Source of the DNA: Pseudobacteriovorax sp.
GTDB lineage: Bacteria; Bdellovibrionota_B; Oligoflexia; Oligoflexales; Oligoflexaceae
Reading direction: 5' to 3'
Assembly (NCBI GenBank): GCA_050293845.1
Contig: JBNKNM010000114.1
Location: 1 to 17,067, forward strand
DNA length: 17,067 nucleotides
The notes below the pieces were generated by a model. It did not search any database, was not told where the DNA came from, and saw only the letters and a list, made by a program, of their open reading frames with translations. Positions within the stretch are counted from its first letter, which is position 1. Each line of letters begins with the position of its first letter. Shown one piece after another: positions 1-8,848 of the stretch. A program made the translations under genes and the position numbers.

Positions 1-937
1 CATTAGAGCTGGTAATTTCGATAGTTTTTTTGACCGCCTTACCATCTTTGACGACCATCACGACTTTTTGACTAGCTAATACCAAGATTGATTCTGTCGG
101 TATAACCAACTGGTCTTTTAAGTCATATCTCAAAACCTTAATTCTACCTGTCATGCCGGGTTTAATGGCTTCATTGCTACTAGTGAATTCCAAGTCCATT
201 AAAAAAGTCCTGCGAACAGGATCTACTTTTTGCGATAAGCTTGTAACCTTCCCTTCAGTAGTGATTTCCCCCTGGCTTTTGATAGTAAGAAATGCCTGGT
301 TGCCAACACGATAGCCATCGACTTCGGATTCGGGGATGCCAACGGTGACTTTGAATCTACTGGTATCTGCTATATAGAATGTAGCCTGTCCCGGTGTTGT
401 TTCATCGAAAACTTCAATTTTGCGATCAACCACTACTCCAGATAAAGGACTAATGCATAGCGCACCATTTCTTGACTTTTCGGCATCAAGGCGAAGTTTT
501 TTAGATTCTAAAAATTCCATACGCGATCGATCGAGTTGTGTTCTTGATACCGTCCCCTTTTGTAGATGAGTTTTATTGCGTTTCAACTTTTCCTGAGCGA
601 GCCTCTCTGCAAGGAGTGCCGACTCATATATGGTATCGTACTTCTCCCCTTCAATACTGCATAACTTCTCACCTTTACGAACCCGATCACCGCGATCCTT
701 GAGGACTTTACTAACGCGCCCACCGGCATATGAAGTCAACTTAGCTTCTCTAATAGCTTCAATTTCGCCAACATATTCTCCGTATTCCTTATAACCAGTT
801 GGAGCCAAATCTTCGACCTTTACGGGAACCCCTGCAGCTGACGCTACTTTTTCAATAGGCTCAACCGCGCCACTAGTCTCGCTCTTGTTACAAGCAACAG
901 TGAAAAGAACTACCACAAATGGAATCAATGCTTTCAC
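1..937 (-). CDS. RND efflux membrane fusion protein / periplasmic adaptor subunit, lipoprotein (3'-truncated by window edge)
   Basis: Not in the ORF track; translated by hand from GTG at 937-935, which overlaps the tolC TAG (TAGTG) and has GGGAG upstream. Translation: MKALIPFVVVLFTVAC (lipobox, Cys16)...VPVKV...GEIEAIREAKLTSYAGGRVSKVLKDRGDRVRKGEKLCSIE...helical hairpin...ISPLSGVVVDRKIE...KVTVGIPESEV...GKVTSLSQKVDPVRRTF...IKPGMTGRI...LVIPTESI. These are the typical lipoyl, hairpin and beta-barrel MFP motifs. The frame is open to position 2. Confidence 0.93.
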   Translation of the reverse strand, partial: MKALIPFVVVLFTVACNKSETSGAVEPIEKVASAAGVPVKVEDLAPTGYKEYGEYVGEIEAIREAKLTSYAGGRVSKVLKDRGDRVRKGEKLCSIEGEKYDTIYESALLAERLAQEKLKRNKTHLQKGTVSRTQLDRSRMEFLESKKLRLDAEKSRNGALCISPLSGVVVDRKIEVFDETTPGQATFYIADTSRFKVTVGIPESEVDGYRVGNQAFLTIKSQGEITTEGKVTSLSQKVDPVRRTFLMDLEFTSSNEAIKPGMTGRIKVLRYDLKDQLVIPTESILVLASQKVVMVVKDGKAVKKTIEITSSN

Positions 938-2292
938 TAACGAATCTCCCAACCATTATTAATTCTGTACTGTGCAATTGCCATAATCAAAGCACCTAGG
1001 GCATCAATAGCCTGTTTTTCAGCTTCAAGGAGCTGTTCCTCATTCTGGATTAATTCATAAAGCGGAATAGCTCCACCCATAAACTCTGATTCAGCACTAG
1101 CAAAAGCTTGCCGATTAGCCCGCAAAGAACCTAAAGAAGCTTTATAGAACCGCCGACTCGCCTTCAAGTTTGCATACGCCCCTTCCTGCAATATGGGATC
1201 TTCGCGTATTGCACGGTCCAAATATATCCGGGCTTGAGCGCTCTGAGCAATAGCCACCCTATGATTTGCATAGTCCCCTCCACCGGCAAAAAAATTCCAG
1301 GTCAGGGATACACCATAAGAGGTACTGCGGTTATCCTTATCAAAGGAGTCCTTATAGCTTCCTTCCGTAGACACGGGATCGTTCAGCTTCTGGACCGATC
1401 CAGACGCTTGCGCAAACAATCCCAAACTAGGATAATATGCCGCACTTCGATAAGCCTTGTTCGCCTCAGCAAATTCGGCATTCTTCCGCGTCAACCTTAG
1501 CTGTTTCGACTGCGTGCGCTTTTTATAATCAGGAACCTGAAAGTATTGTCCTTTATCGGTGGATTCAAGCTCCAGCATGATTTCTCGGTTCTTAGGAACA
1601 CCTAAGGCAATTTTAAGCTTTGTCAATTTATCACTAGCTTCTACATCAGCTAAGATAGATTCAGCCTCGGCTTGCTCCTTCCTGGCCTGACTTTTCACAA
1701 AGTCCACCTCTTTCATAGCCCCTCCCCGGTATTCCAGCTCTGTAAATGACAGGGTTTTCTTAGCACTTTCTAAAGCCTTGGTAGCTACTTGCTTGTTTTT
1801 TAAAGCACTAAGAGCATCAACATAGGCTCTAATCACTCCTAGTAATGCTATGTCTGTATTATAACTCTGCTGTAATTTTACTGTATCGGACTGAATGGAA
1901 TACATGTCATAAAGAGCACCTACGCGTCCGAAAGTGTACAGAGGTGAGCTAAACGATAGAGTCCAGCCATAATTATCTAACTTCAAACGAGGAGGAGAAC
2001 TTTGCGACTGGGAACTATCGCCTCCAGAATTTGAAATTGTTCCCCCTCCTGAGGTTGGTGTCAACAGCTGATCCAGCTTAGAAAAACTATAATCAAAGTC
2101 AAGGCGCGGTAGGGCTTGTGCAAGATAGGTGCGGGCTTCATTCTTACCTATCTCATAGTCCTGCTTTACAAGTCTGACATCGGGTGAATCCTGGATGGCC
2201 ATACTGATAATATCATCAATTCCGAGCTTCCTTGTTTTTGCACTGGCTGAAATTGCAATAAATAGGCCTGCGGCAAGAAACTTCTTAATCAA
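937..2292 (-). CDS. TolC-family outer membrane efflux protein
   Basis: Two OEP-like repeats (ALPRLDFDYSF...WTLSFSSPLYTFG and YYPSLGLFAQASG...YGVSLTWNFFAGG) with long helical segments. The start was moved from 2319 to TTG at 2292-2290, which follows a perfect Shine-Dalgarno AAGGAGGTGA (2306-2297) and gives the signal peptide MIKKFLAAGLFIAISASA. Translationally coupled to the MFP gene. Confidence 0.92.
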   Translation of the reverse strand: MIKKFLAAGLFIAISASAKTRKLGIDDIISMAIQDSPDVRLVKQDYEIGKNEARTYLAQALPRLDFDYSFSKLDQLLTPTSGGGTISNSGGDSSQSQSSPPRLKLDNYGWTLSFSSPLYTFGRVGALYDMYSIQSDTVKLQQSYNTDIALLGVIRAYVDALSALKNKQVATKALESAKKTLSFTELEYRGGAMKEVDFVKSQARKEQAEAESILADVEASDKLTKLKIALGVPKNREIMLELESTDKGQYFQVPDYKKRTQSKQLRLTRKNAEFAEANKAYRSAAYYPSLGLFAQASGSVQKLNDPVSTEGSYKDSFDKDNRSTSYGVSLTWNFFAGGGDYANHRVAIAQSAQARIYLDRAIREDPILQEGAYANLKASRRFYKASLGSLRANRQAFASAESEFMGGAIPLYELIQNEEQLLEAEKQAIDALGALIMAIAQYRINNGWEIR

Positions 2293-2345
2293 AAATTCAC
2301 CTCCTTCATTACCTGCCAACGGGGAAAGCCAGCGAGACTAATGTA

Positions 2346-2374
2346 AGTATCGACCGGCTAGCAAAAATAATCAA
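2346..2374 (-). promoter_or_regulatory. Candidate sigma-70 promoter for the tolC-MFP operon
   Basis: The minus strand reads TTGATT-17 nt-GATACT about 55 nt upstream of the proposed TTG start, a 4/6 + 4/6 consensus match. Pattern only. Confidence 0.25.
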
Positions 2375-2672
2375 CATTCATTTTGACTTATCGCTTCAAA
2401 CTAAGAAGAGGCTAAGCCCCCTTTAGATATGAGTTACTGCATATTAACGTTTGCTAAGTTCACCATAGAAATCCTTAAGATCAAAATAAAAAAACACCTG
2501 AGTTAAAAACCAACTCTACTATGACTGAGTCTATTTGTAGCACTTAAGACCCGCGACGATATCCTACAACACTGTAATATAAACAACCGTAAATGTAGCT
2601 TATAAAATTTGATAATTTTAAAATATAAATTGTTTGTAGCAACTTACTTTCATACTTACTAGGCTCGTAGGT

Positions 2673-2701
2673 TTGATAATGTAATGAGTACATCTTAACT
2701 T
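2673..2701 (+). promoter_or_regulatory. Candidate sigma-70 promoter for the urease operon, with an inverted repeat in the spacer
   Basis: TTGATA (2673-2678)-17 nt-TAACTT (2696-2701). The spacer contains ATGTA-N5-TACAT (2679-2693). Lies about 60 nt upstream of the 2764 ATG. Confidence 0.3.
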
Positions 2702-2763
2702 CTATCGCGTACCTTTACGAACTGCTCAAATACTATTAACGAAAACAGCTGCAGGAGAAAAAT

Positions 2764-2907
2764 ATGCAACAATTGTATGCCCACGTCAGCTTCATGGATC
2801 ATATCCATCCTGAACTTGGATTTCAGTTTCCTACAGAAACAGTGCTGTTTGTTGCCGTCGTCACAGCAGCCTATTACGTTCTACGGAAACATAAGAAGAA
2901 ATCCTAG
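2764..2907 (+). CDS. 47-aa His-rich single-pass membrane microprotein, first gene of the urease operon
   Basis: AGGAG (2753-2757) lies 6 nt before ATG 2764. Translation: MQQLYAHVSFMDHIHPELGFQFPTETVLFVAVVTAAYYVLRKHKKKS*. The stop is 3 nt before the ureD ATG, and ureD has no clear SD of its own. A hydrophobic stretch is followed by a basic tail. Too short for the ORF track. Confidence 0.65.
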   Translation: MQQLYAHVSFMDHIHPELGFQFPTETVLFVAVVTAAYYVLRKHKKKS

Positions 2908-2910
2908 CTT

Positions 2911-3711
2911 ATGACTTGGAAAGCCCAGCTGCAGCTCAATTATCGCATGAATGGCGGTCGTATTAGCTTTAAGGCACATCACACAGGTCCACTACTTGTG
3001 CAAAAGCCTTATCTCCACAATAACGAAAAAAATCTTCATCATTATATTCTCCACCCACCAGGAGGACTTGTTGGAGGCGATACCTTACACACAGAAGTAA
3101 ATTTACAGGATGATGTTAGCATTCTGTTAACGTCTCCTTCTGCGCAAAAGGTATACCGATCCCAGCAAAAAACTGCTCTGAGTTCGCTTACGACTAAAAT
3201 TGCCAATGGTGCAATATTATCCTGGCTACCTCAAGAGACGATTCTTTTTGATAATAGCCATTTCAAATCTGTTAGCGACATTCATATGAAATCTGAGTCC
3301 AGCCTCATTCTCTGGGAAATATTCGTATTCGGCCGCCCCAGCATTCAGGAAGTCCATAACAAAGCCAGTATTGATAGCACATTACGTATCTTTGTAGAGG
3401 ACCAGCCCATCCTCATAGATCGATACCTAAAAGCTCCCCTTGAAAAAGGGCGCTCACTTTTTTCTGGAGTACAGAATTTCAACTGCTATGGACAGCTAAT
3501 CATTGTGTCACCAGATCTCAAACTTCTTCAAGACGAACATTTGCCTGGAAGATCAGAGCATATTTCCTGGACGCGATATGGGAACATGCTACAATTTCGT
3601 TTTTTAGGAAACTCAGCCTACGACGCCAGGCGACACTTAGAACAAACGATAACCCAATATCATGATTCAACGGGTCGTTATTATACAAAGCCTAGGATTT
3701 GGGCTTATTAA
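2911..3711 (+). CDS. ureD: Urease accessory protein UreD
   Basis: Motifs [52 protein letters not shown] and C-terminal PRIW; lies immediately upstream of ureA. Confidence 0.95.
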   Translation: MTWKAQLQLNYRMNGGRISFKAHHTGPLLVQKPYLHNNEKNLHHYILHPPGGLVGGDTLHTEVNLQDDVSILLTSPSAQKVYRSQQKTALSSLTTKIANGAILSWLPQETILFDNSHFKSVSDIHMKSESSLILWEIFVFGRPSIQEVHNKASIDSTLRIFVEDQPILIDRYLKAPLEKGRSLFSGVQNFNCYGQLIIVSPDLKLLQDEHLPGRSEHISWTRYGNMLQFRFLGNSAYDARRHLEQTITQYHDSTGRYYTKPRIWAY

Positions 3712-3721
3712 GGGAGGTTCT

Positions 3722-4024
3722 GTGGAACTAACACCGAGAGAAAAAGATAAACTGCTGTTATTCACCGCGTCCTTACTCGCTGAACGTCGCTTAGCAAAAG
3801 GCCTCAAACTTAACTATCCCGAAGCTGTGGCACTGCTTTCAGCATTTGTCCTAGAAGGTGCCAGAGAAGGAAAATCTGTTGCCGAACTCATGTCCTCAGG
3901 AAGGGAGATTTTAAGGCGTAAAGATGTTATGGGGGGAATACCCGAAATGATTCCTGAAATACAGGTTGAAGCTACTTTCAAAGATGGTACCAAGCTTGTT
4001 ACGATCCACCATCCCATTCAATGA
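3722..4024 (+). CDS. ureA: Urease gamma subunit
   Basis: GTG at 3722 after AGGGAGG gives the canonical 100-aa [14 protein letters not shown]...GLKLNYPEA...EGAREGK...[19 protein letters not shown]. The ORF-track start at 3662 is an over-extension. Confidence 0.97.
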   Translation: MELTPREKDKLLLFTASLLAERRLAKGLKLNYPEAVALLSAFVLEGAREGKSVAELMSSGREILRRKDVMGGIPEMIPEIQVEATFKDGTKLVTIHHPIQ

Positions 4025-4032
4025 GGTCTCAT

Positions 4033-4341
4033 ATGATTCCTGGAGAAATTAAGGTTAGCGATGCAGACATCACCATCAACGCTAACCGGGAAACAAAGAC
4101 CATCGTAGTGGCGAACACAGGTGATCGCCCGATTCAGATAGGTTCCCACTTTCACTTTTATGAAACTAATGATGCGCTAACGTTTGATAGAAGCATAACT
4201 AAAGGTTTTCGACTCAATATTCCCGCTGGTACAGGAATGAGATTTGAACCAGGTCAAGAACGACAGGTGGAGTTAGTAAAGTTTGTCTCACCGACAGAGA
4301 TATATGGATTTTCTGGAAAAATTATGGGCTCAGTGGAGTAA
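4033..4341 (+). CDS. ureB: Urease beta subunit
   Basis: MIPGEI...[19 protein letters not shown]...[20 protein letters not shown] 4033 follows GAGG; an alternative ATG at 4021 overlaps the ureA stop. Confidence 0.97.
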   Translation: MIPGEIKVSDADITINANRETKTIVVANTGDRPIQIGSHFHFYETNDALTFDRSITKGFRLNIPAGTGMRFEPGQERQVELVKFVSPTEIYGFSGKIMGSVE

Positions 4342-4344
4342 TCA

Positions 4345-6039
4345 GTGAAAAAAATTTCAAGACAAGCCTATGTAGATATGTACGGTCCCACCGTTGGGGA
4401 TAAGATCCGTCTCGGTGATACAGAATTATGGATCTCTATCGAGAAAGATTTTTGCAGATATGGCGAAGAAGTTAAATTTGGAGGTGGCAAAGTCATCCGG
4501 GATGGGATGGGCCAAAGCCAGCGGCTGGCTAGCGACTGTATGGACACAGTGATCACAAATGCCACTATCATCGATCATTGGGGTATAGTCAAAGCCGATA
4601 TTGGTATCAAAAATGGCAGAATTGCCGTCATTGGTAAAGCTGGAAACCCGGATATCCAAGGACCAGTGGACATGATCATTGGAGCATCAACAGAAATCAT
4701 CGCCGCTGAAGGGGATATCGTCACAGCAGGTGGCATTGACGCCCATGTGCACTTTATTTGCCCCCAGCAAATCGACGAGGCCCTAGCATCGGGTATTACC
4801 ACGATGTTGGGAGGTGGTACGGGACCAGCTACAGGAACTAATGCAACAACTTGTACTCCAGGTGCCTGGCACATCAGTCAAATGCTGCGTGCTGTTGACC
4901 AAATTCCCTTAAATTTTGGTTTTTTGGGCAAGGGAAATGCTAGCCTACCCCAGCCTCTCATGGAACAAGTGGAGGCGGGTGCCATTGGGTTAAAGTTGCA
5001 TGAGGATTGGGGAACGACACCTGCAGCCATTGATAATTGCTTATCTGTCGCCGACGACTTGGACGTACAGGTTGCTATCCATACCGATACTCTAAATGAA
5101 TCCGGTTTCGTAGAAACTACTTTAGCGGCACTAAAGGGTCGTACTATTCACACATACCACACAGAAGGTGCTGGTGGTGGCCATGCTCCAGACATCATTA
5201 AAGCCTGTGGACTGGAAAACGTGCTACCATCATCCACAAACCCTACTATGCCTTATACCGTGAATACCATTGACGAACACCTAGATATGCTCATGGTCTG
5301 CCACCACCTTGACTCTGCGATACCCGAGGATGTAGCCTTCGCTGACTCACGTATTCGTCGAGAAACCATAGCTGCCGAGGACATCCTGCATGATATGGGA
5401 GCTATTAGCATGATTGCTTCTGATTCCCAAGCCATGGGCCGGGTGGGAGAGGTCATCTGCAGGACTTGGCAAACAGCTCATAAAATGAAGCTTCAGCGTG
5501 GCCCCTTATCTGACACTGATGGCTCTGATAATTTTAGGGTAAAGCGCTATATTGCCAAATACACCATTAATCCAGCTATAACCCATGGAATATCGCATCA
5601 TGTTGGCTCTATTGAAAAAGGAAAGCTGGCCGACCTAGTTCTCTGGAAGCCAGCATTTTTTGGGATTAAGCCTAAGCTTGTTATCAAAGGAGGCTCCATA
5701 ACCCTGGCAGCGATGGGTGACCCCAACGCTTCTATCCCCACTCCACAGCCGGTACTCTATCGCAATATGTTTGGCGGGATGGGGTCATCGACAAGCCAAA
5801 TTGCTTATCATTTCATTTCCCAGATTTCGATGAAAAATGTCACCAAATGGGGCCTCCAGAAGAAGCTGGCAGCCGTAACCCATACCAGATCCGTTAAAAA
5901 ACAGCATATGATTCACAATGGATTATGTCCTCATATAGCTGTAGATCCCCAAACCTATAGCGTAGTCGTTGATGGCCAAGAGTTAAGTTGCGACCCCTTA
6001 AGTGAGTTACCTCTTGCTCAGCGCTACCATCTTTTTTAG
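4345..6039 (+). CDS. ureC: Urease alpha (catalytic, dinickel) subunit
   Basis: All expected active-site motifs are intact: [19 protein letters not shown] (carbamylated Lys), [23 protein letters not shown], flap MVCHHL and SDSQAMGR; ends in [13 protein letters not shown] start. Confidence 0.99.
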   Translation: MKKISRQAYVDMYGPTVGDKIRLGDTELWISIEKDFCRYGEEVKFGGGKVIRDGMGQSQRLASDCMDTVITNATIIDHWGIVKADIGIKNGRIAVIGKAGNPDIQGPVDMIIGASTEIIAAEGDIVTAGGIDAHVHFICPQQIDEALASGITTMLGGGTGPATGTNATTCTPGAWHISQMLRAVDQIPLNFGFLGKGNASLPQPLMEQVEAGAIGLKLHEDWGTTPAAIDNCLSVADDLDVQVAIHTDTLNESGFVETTLAALKGRTIHTYHTEGAGGGHAPDIIKACGLENVLPSSTNPTMPYTVNTIDEHLDMLMVCHHLDSAIPEDVAFADSRIRRETIAAEDILHDMGAISMIASDSQAMGRVGEVICRTWQTAHKMKLQRGPLSDTDGSDNFRVKRYIAKYTINPAITHGISHHVGSIEKGKLADLVLWKPAFFGIKPKLVIKGGSITLAAMGDPNASIPTPQPVLYRNMFGGMGSSTSQIAYHFISQISMKNVTKWGLQKKLAAVTHTRSVKKQHMIHNGLCPHIAVDPQTYSVVVDGQELSCDPLSELPLAQRYHLF

Positions 6040-6048
6040 GAAACACAA

Positions 6049-6471
6049 ATGCTAATGTTCTCGGAAAAAATTCAGCAATATAAGAAAATAAACCATGAAG
6101 TCCACTTGAGCTATCATGAGCGCCAGAAAAGTCGTCTTAATGTTGCTACAAATAGAGGGAAAAGTATTGGCATCATACTGCCCCGAGGCCAGGACTTAAA
6201 GTGCGGCGATACACTCCAATCGAACTGTGGCCAAGTACTTATGATTCGCGGCACCCCAGAACTGGTATCGATAATTAGGGCAGCTGGGAAACAACAAGCC
6301 TTAGCTGCTTACCATTTAGGTAATAGACATATTCCCGCTGCAGTTTTAGAAGGAGAACTCTGTTACCACAAAGATCATGTCATTGACGATATGATGGCAG
6401 GCCTCGGTTTCACTGTCGATCATGGCTACCGCATATTTACACCTCAAAAAGGAGCTTACCATAAACACTGA
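6049..6471 (+). CDS. ureE: Urease accessory nickel chaperone UreE (short His tail)
   Basis: RQKSRL...LPRG..L..GD, AAYHLGNRH (conserved dimer-interface His), DHVIDDM..GLG, F.P..GAY, then only HKH before the stop. Confidence 0.94.
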   Translation: MLMFSEKIQQYKKINHEVHLSYHERQKSRLNVATNRGKSIGIILPRGQDLKCGDTLQSNCGQVLMIRGTPELVSIIRAAGKQQALAAYHLGNRHIPAAVLEGELCYHKDHVIDDMMAGLGFTVDHGYRIFTPQKGAYHKH

Positions 6472-7111
6472 ACAGTGGATCCATCTGCTGAGAGTCTGCA
6501 GCCCTAATTTGCCCATTGGCGGTTTTTCATGGTCACAGGGATTAGAGGGTGCCGTGGGGCTGAACTGGATCAAGAACAGTCACGACCTCAAAAATTGGCT
6601 GCAGGACATCCTTAGTAATAGCCTCGCTTACAATGAAATTCCCATCATGGGACAAGTATATCGCGATACCGATGAAAGTATGGCCTTTTACAGCAATTTA
6701 CTGTTATCCCTTAAAGAAACCAGTGAGTTAAAGCATGAATCCATCCAAATGGGAAAGTCTCTCCACAGACTTATCCGAAGGCTCCACTCAGATATGGATG
6801 CTAGCAGCGAGGATTACCTCTACGAAATCAACTTGTCTTTGCTATTTAAGCACTTTAGCTTACCTATTCACACAGCCTTGAATAGCTATCTTTGGACCAT
6901 GATGGAAAACCAAGTCATGGCGGCGACTCGCCTTCTATCGCTTGGTCAATATGATGCTCAAAGTGTTCTTATGGAATTGCAAAAAACGATCGAAAATGCC
7001 GTAGCATTTGGCTTAGATCTACATCAAAAGCAAATAGGTCGGTCACTACCGGGCCTTTTTATCGCGAGTTCTTATCACGAACAACAGTATTGCCGACTCT
7101 TTCGCTCATAG
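6422..7111 (+). CDS. ureF: Urease accessory protein UreF (start uncertain: ATG 6422 or ATA 6461)
   Basis: SPNLPIGGFSWSQGLE, ETSELKHESIQMGKSL, ENQVMAATRLLSLGQ..AQ and C-terminal HEQQYCRLFRS. The UreF-like sequence begins near 6461, where AAGGAG precedes an ATA. Confidence 0.93.
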   Translation: MATAYLHLKKELTINTEQWIHLLRVCSPNLPIGGFSWSQGLEGAVGLNWIKNSHDLKNWLQDILSNSLAYNEIPIMGQVYRDTDESMAFYSNLLLSLKETSELKHESIQMGKSLHRLIRRLHSDMDASSEDYLYEINLSLLFKHFSLPIHTALNSYLWTMMENQVMAATRLLSLGQYDAQSVLMELQKTIENAVAFGLDLHQKQIGRSLPGLFIASSYHEQQYCRLFRS

Positions 7112-7120
7112 GAGACACCC

Positions 7121-7735
7121 ATGACTAATCAATTACGCATAGGAATAGGTGGGCCCGTTGGTTCTGGCAAAACGGCCCTTGTAAAAAATCTTTGCCGAGA
7201 ATTAAAAAATCGGTTTAGCATTGCGGTCGTAACCAACGACATCTATACCCGTGAAGATGCGCAGTTCTTAATTCATCACCAAGCACTTCCCGAAGAGCGC
7301 ATTATTGGGGTAGAAACTGGTGGCTGTCCTCATACAGCGATTCGTGAAGATGCTTCGATGAACTTGCAAGCGATTGATGACCTGTCTCAAAAGATACCTG
7401 ATCTTGAATTGGTTTTTGTAGAAAGCGGTGGAGACAATCTTAGTGCTACATTCAGTCCCGATTTATCTGACCTTACCATTTATGTCATCGACGTTGCCGC
7501 AGGAGACAAAATACCTCGTAAGGGAGGTCCTGGCATCACTCGATCAGACCTTCTTGTTATCAATAAAATCGACTTGGCTCCATACGTAGGGGCGTCTCTA
7601 GAAGTTATGAGTAGAGATGCCCAAAAAATGAGAGCTGAGCTCCCATTTATTTTCTCGAATCAAAAAACAGGGGAAGGGCTGAACGAAATCATTCAGTTCA
7701 TTAAAGAAAAAGGAATGCTGATCCCACATTCCTAA
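7121..7735 (+). CDS. ureG: Urease accessory GTPase UreG
   Basis: P-loop GGPVGSGKT, metal motif [23 protein letters not shown] and NKID. AGGAG lies 6 nt before the ATG. Confidence 0.98.
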   Translation: MTNQLRIGIGGPVGSGKTALVKNLCRELKNRFSIAVVTNDIYTREDAQFLIHHQALPEERIIGVETGGCPHTAIREDASMNLQAIDDLSQKIPDLELVFVESGGDNLSATFSPDLSDLTIYVIDVAAGDKIPRKGGPGITRSDLLVINKIDLAPYVGASLEVMSRDAQKMRAELPFIFSNQKTGEGLNEIIQFIKEKGMLIPHS

Positions 7736-7748
7736 AAAACTGCTTTCA

Positions 7749-7788
7749 AAAAACACCGTAGTTAGCAAATATTGACTACGGCGTTTTT
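7749..7788. terminator. Probable bidirectional intrinsic terminator after ureG
   Basis: AAAAACACCGTAGTTA-gcaaatat-TGACTACGGCGTTTTT forms a 16-position stem with a perfect CCGTAGT/ACTACGG core, one mismatch and one wobble, flanked by A and T tracts. It starts 13 nt after the ureG stop. Confidence 0.8.
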
Positions 7789-8175
7789 CATTAGAATCAT
7801 GATAAATTTGCGCAGCAGTCATTGATTGATATTAAAGCCAAGCTTTAAATTAAATTGTGCACGTCTTTTACTTTGTAATAGAGTGTTGCTCCTCTTCGAC
7901 TTGCTTTTCATTCAAGTAAAATCTTGCATACGAAGCATCACACGTCTATCCTATTCAATAGAAACTGCATCGTAATTAACGCCATATTTGAAAAATCCAT
8001 GGGAAAATTCTCAGGAGAGCCTTAATTGCCATGAATGTCATTGAATATATAAAGAGTTTTTCATCAAAACACGGAGCAAACACACATTATCGCAACTTTC
8101 CTCTTCATTGAGGAGGTTTTAACGTAAAAATGCCGAACAGAATTACTTTCACATCTGGGAATTTGGGATTAACCT

Positions 8176-8841
8176 TTGGAAGTATGGAATAAATATCATA
8201 ATATTATCATTCTGATTTTATCTATAGCTTGTCTATGGTGGCCCATTCCGGTTGTTATTATACCTATATTCTTTATATTATCGATTATTTTCTTGGGCAG
8301 TGTTCTTATGTCAGCAACTTTATTATATACACTAGCAAATATTATTACATTTATAAGATGGAGCCTCCTGGTAATAGTTCTGTTTCAAACCAACCTTTCC
8401 GTTCAAAGCATACTATTTTTAATCATTTTATTTTTAGATGGAGTAGATGGGTGGGCAGCTCGTAAGCTAAGACACGAATCAACATTTGGTGCATACTTCG
8501 ACATGGAACTAGACTCTACTTCTATTTTAATATTGACGCTACTGATTGTCAATCAATCACAAATAGGTCCCTATTTATTGCTAGTAGGGCTTGCCAGACC
8601 GCTGATGGTGATCCTTAAAAGGATATTCTGGAATCAAGTACAAGCGGAAAGACGCAGTAATTGGGGTCGAATCACTTATATTTTTGTTTTCCTCACATTA
8701 CTAGCCGAATTGTATTTCAACAGGTTGTGGAGTAAGTTTTTATGTCTCGCTTCCAGCATTATATTGATTTATTCGTTCTACCTTGATTGCCTGTTTTTTG
8801 AAAAGGTAAAATATTACAAACTAAAAGAAGTTTCGAAATGA
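8176..8841 (+). CDS. CDP-alcohol phosphatidyltransferase family membrane protein
   Basis: Exact family signature D-G-x2-A-R-x8-G-x3-D-x3-D (LDGVDGWAARKLRHESTFGAYFDMELD), plus ANIITFIR and multiple hydrophobic helices. TTG start with GGGA upstream; the start is uncertain. Confidence 0.92.
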   Translation: MEVWNKYHNIIILILSIACLWWPIPVVIIPIFFILSIIFLGSVLMSATLLYTLANIITFIRWSLLVIVLFQTNLSVQSILFLIILFLDGVDGWAARKLRHESTFGAYFDMELDSTSILILTLLIVNQSQIGPYLLLVGLARPLMVILKRIFWNQVQAERRSNWGRITYIFVFLTLLAELYFNRLWSKFLCLASSIILIYSFYLDCLFFEKVKYYKLKEVSK

Positions 8842-8848
8842 GGGGATC

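Noticed and set aside
1234..1500. 88-aa plus-strand ORF inside tolC
   Set aside because: Antisense to a clear TolC gene, TTG start, no family features.
2628..2655. TCATAC half-site suggesting a NikR operator upstream of urease
   Set aside because: The matching GTATGA half-site 16 nt upstream is absent.
3814..5456. Short minus-strand ORFs at 3814-4017, 4368-4571, 4426-4659, 4575-4874 and 5253-5456
   Set aside because: They lie fully antisense to the highly conserved ureA/ureC genes and have no recognisable motifs; typical shadow ORFs.
6346..7822. Minus-strand ORFs at 6346-6573 and 7598-7822
   Set aside because: They overlap ureE/ureF and ureG in antisense, and the second runs through the terminator hairpin.
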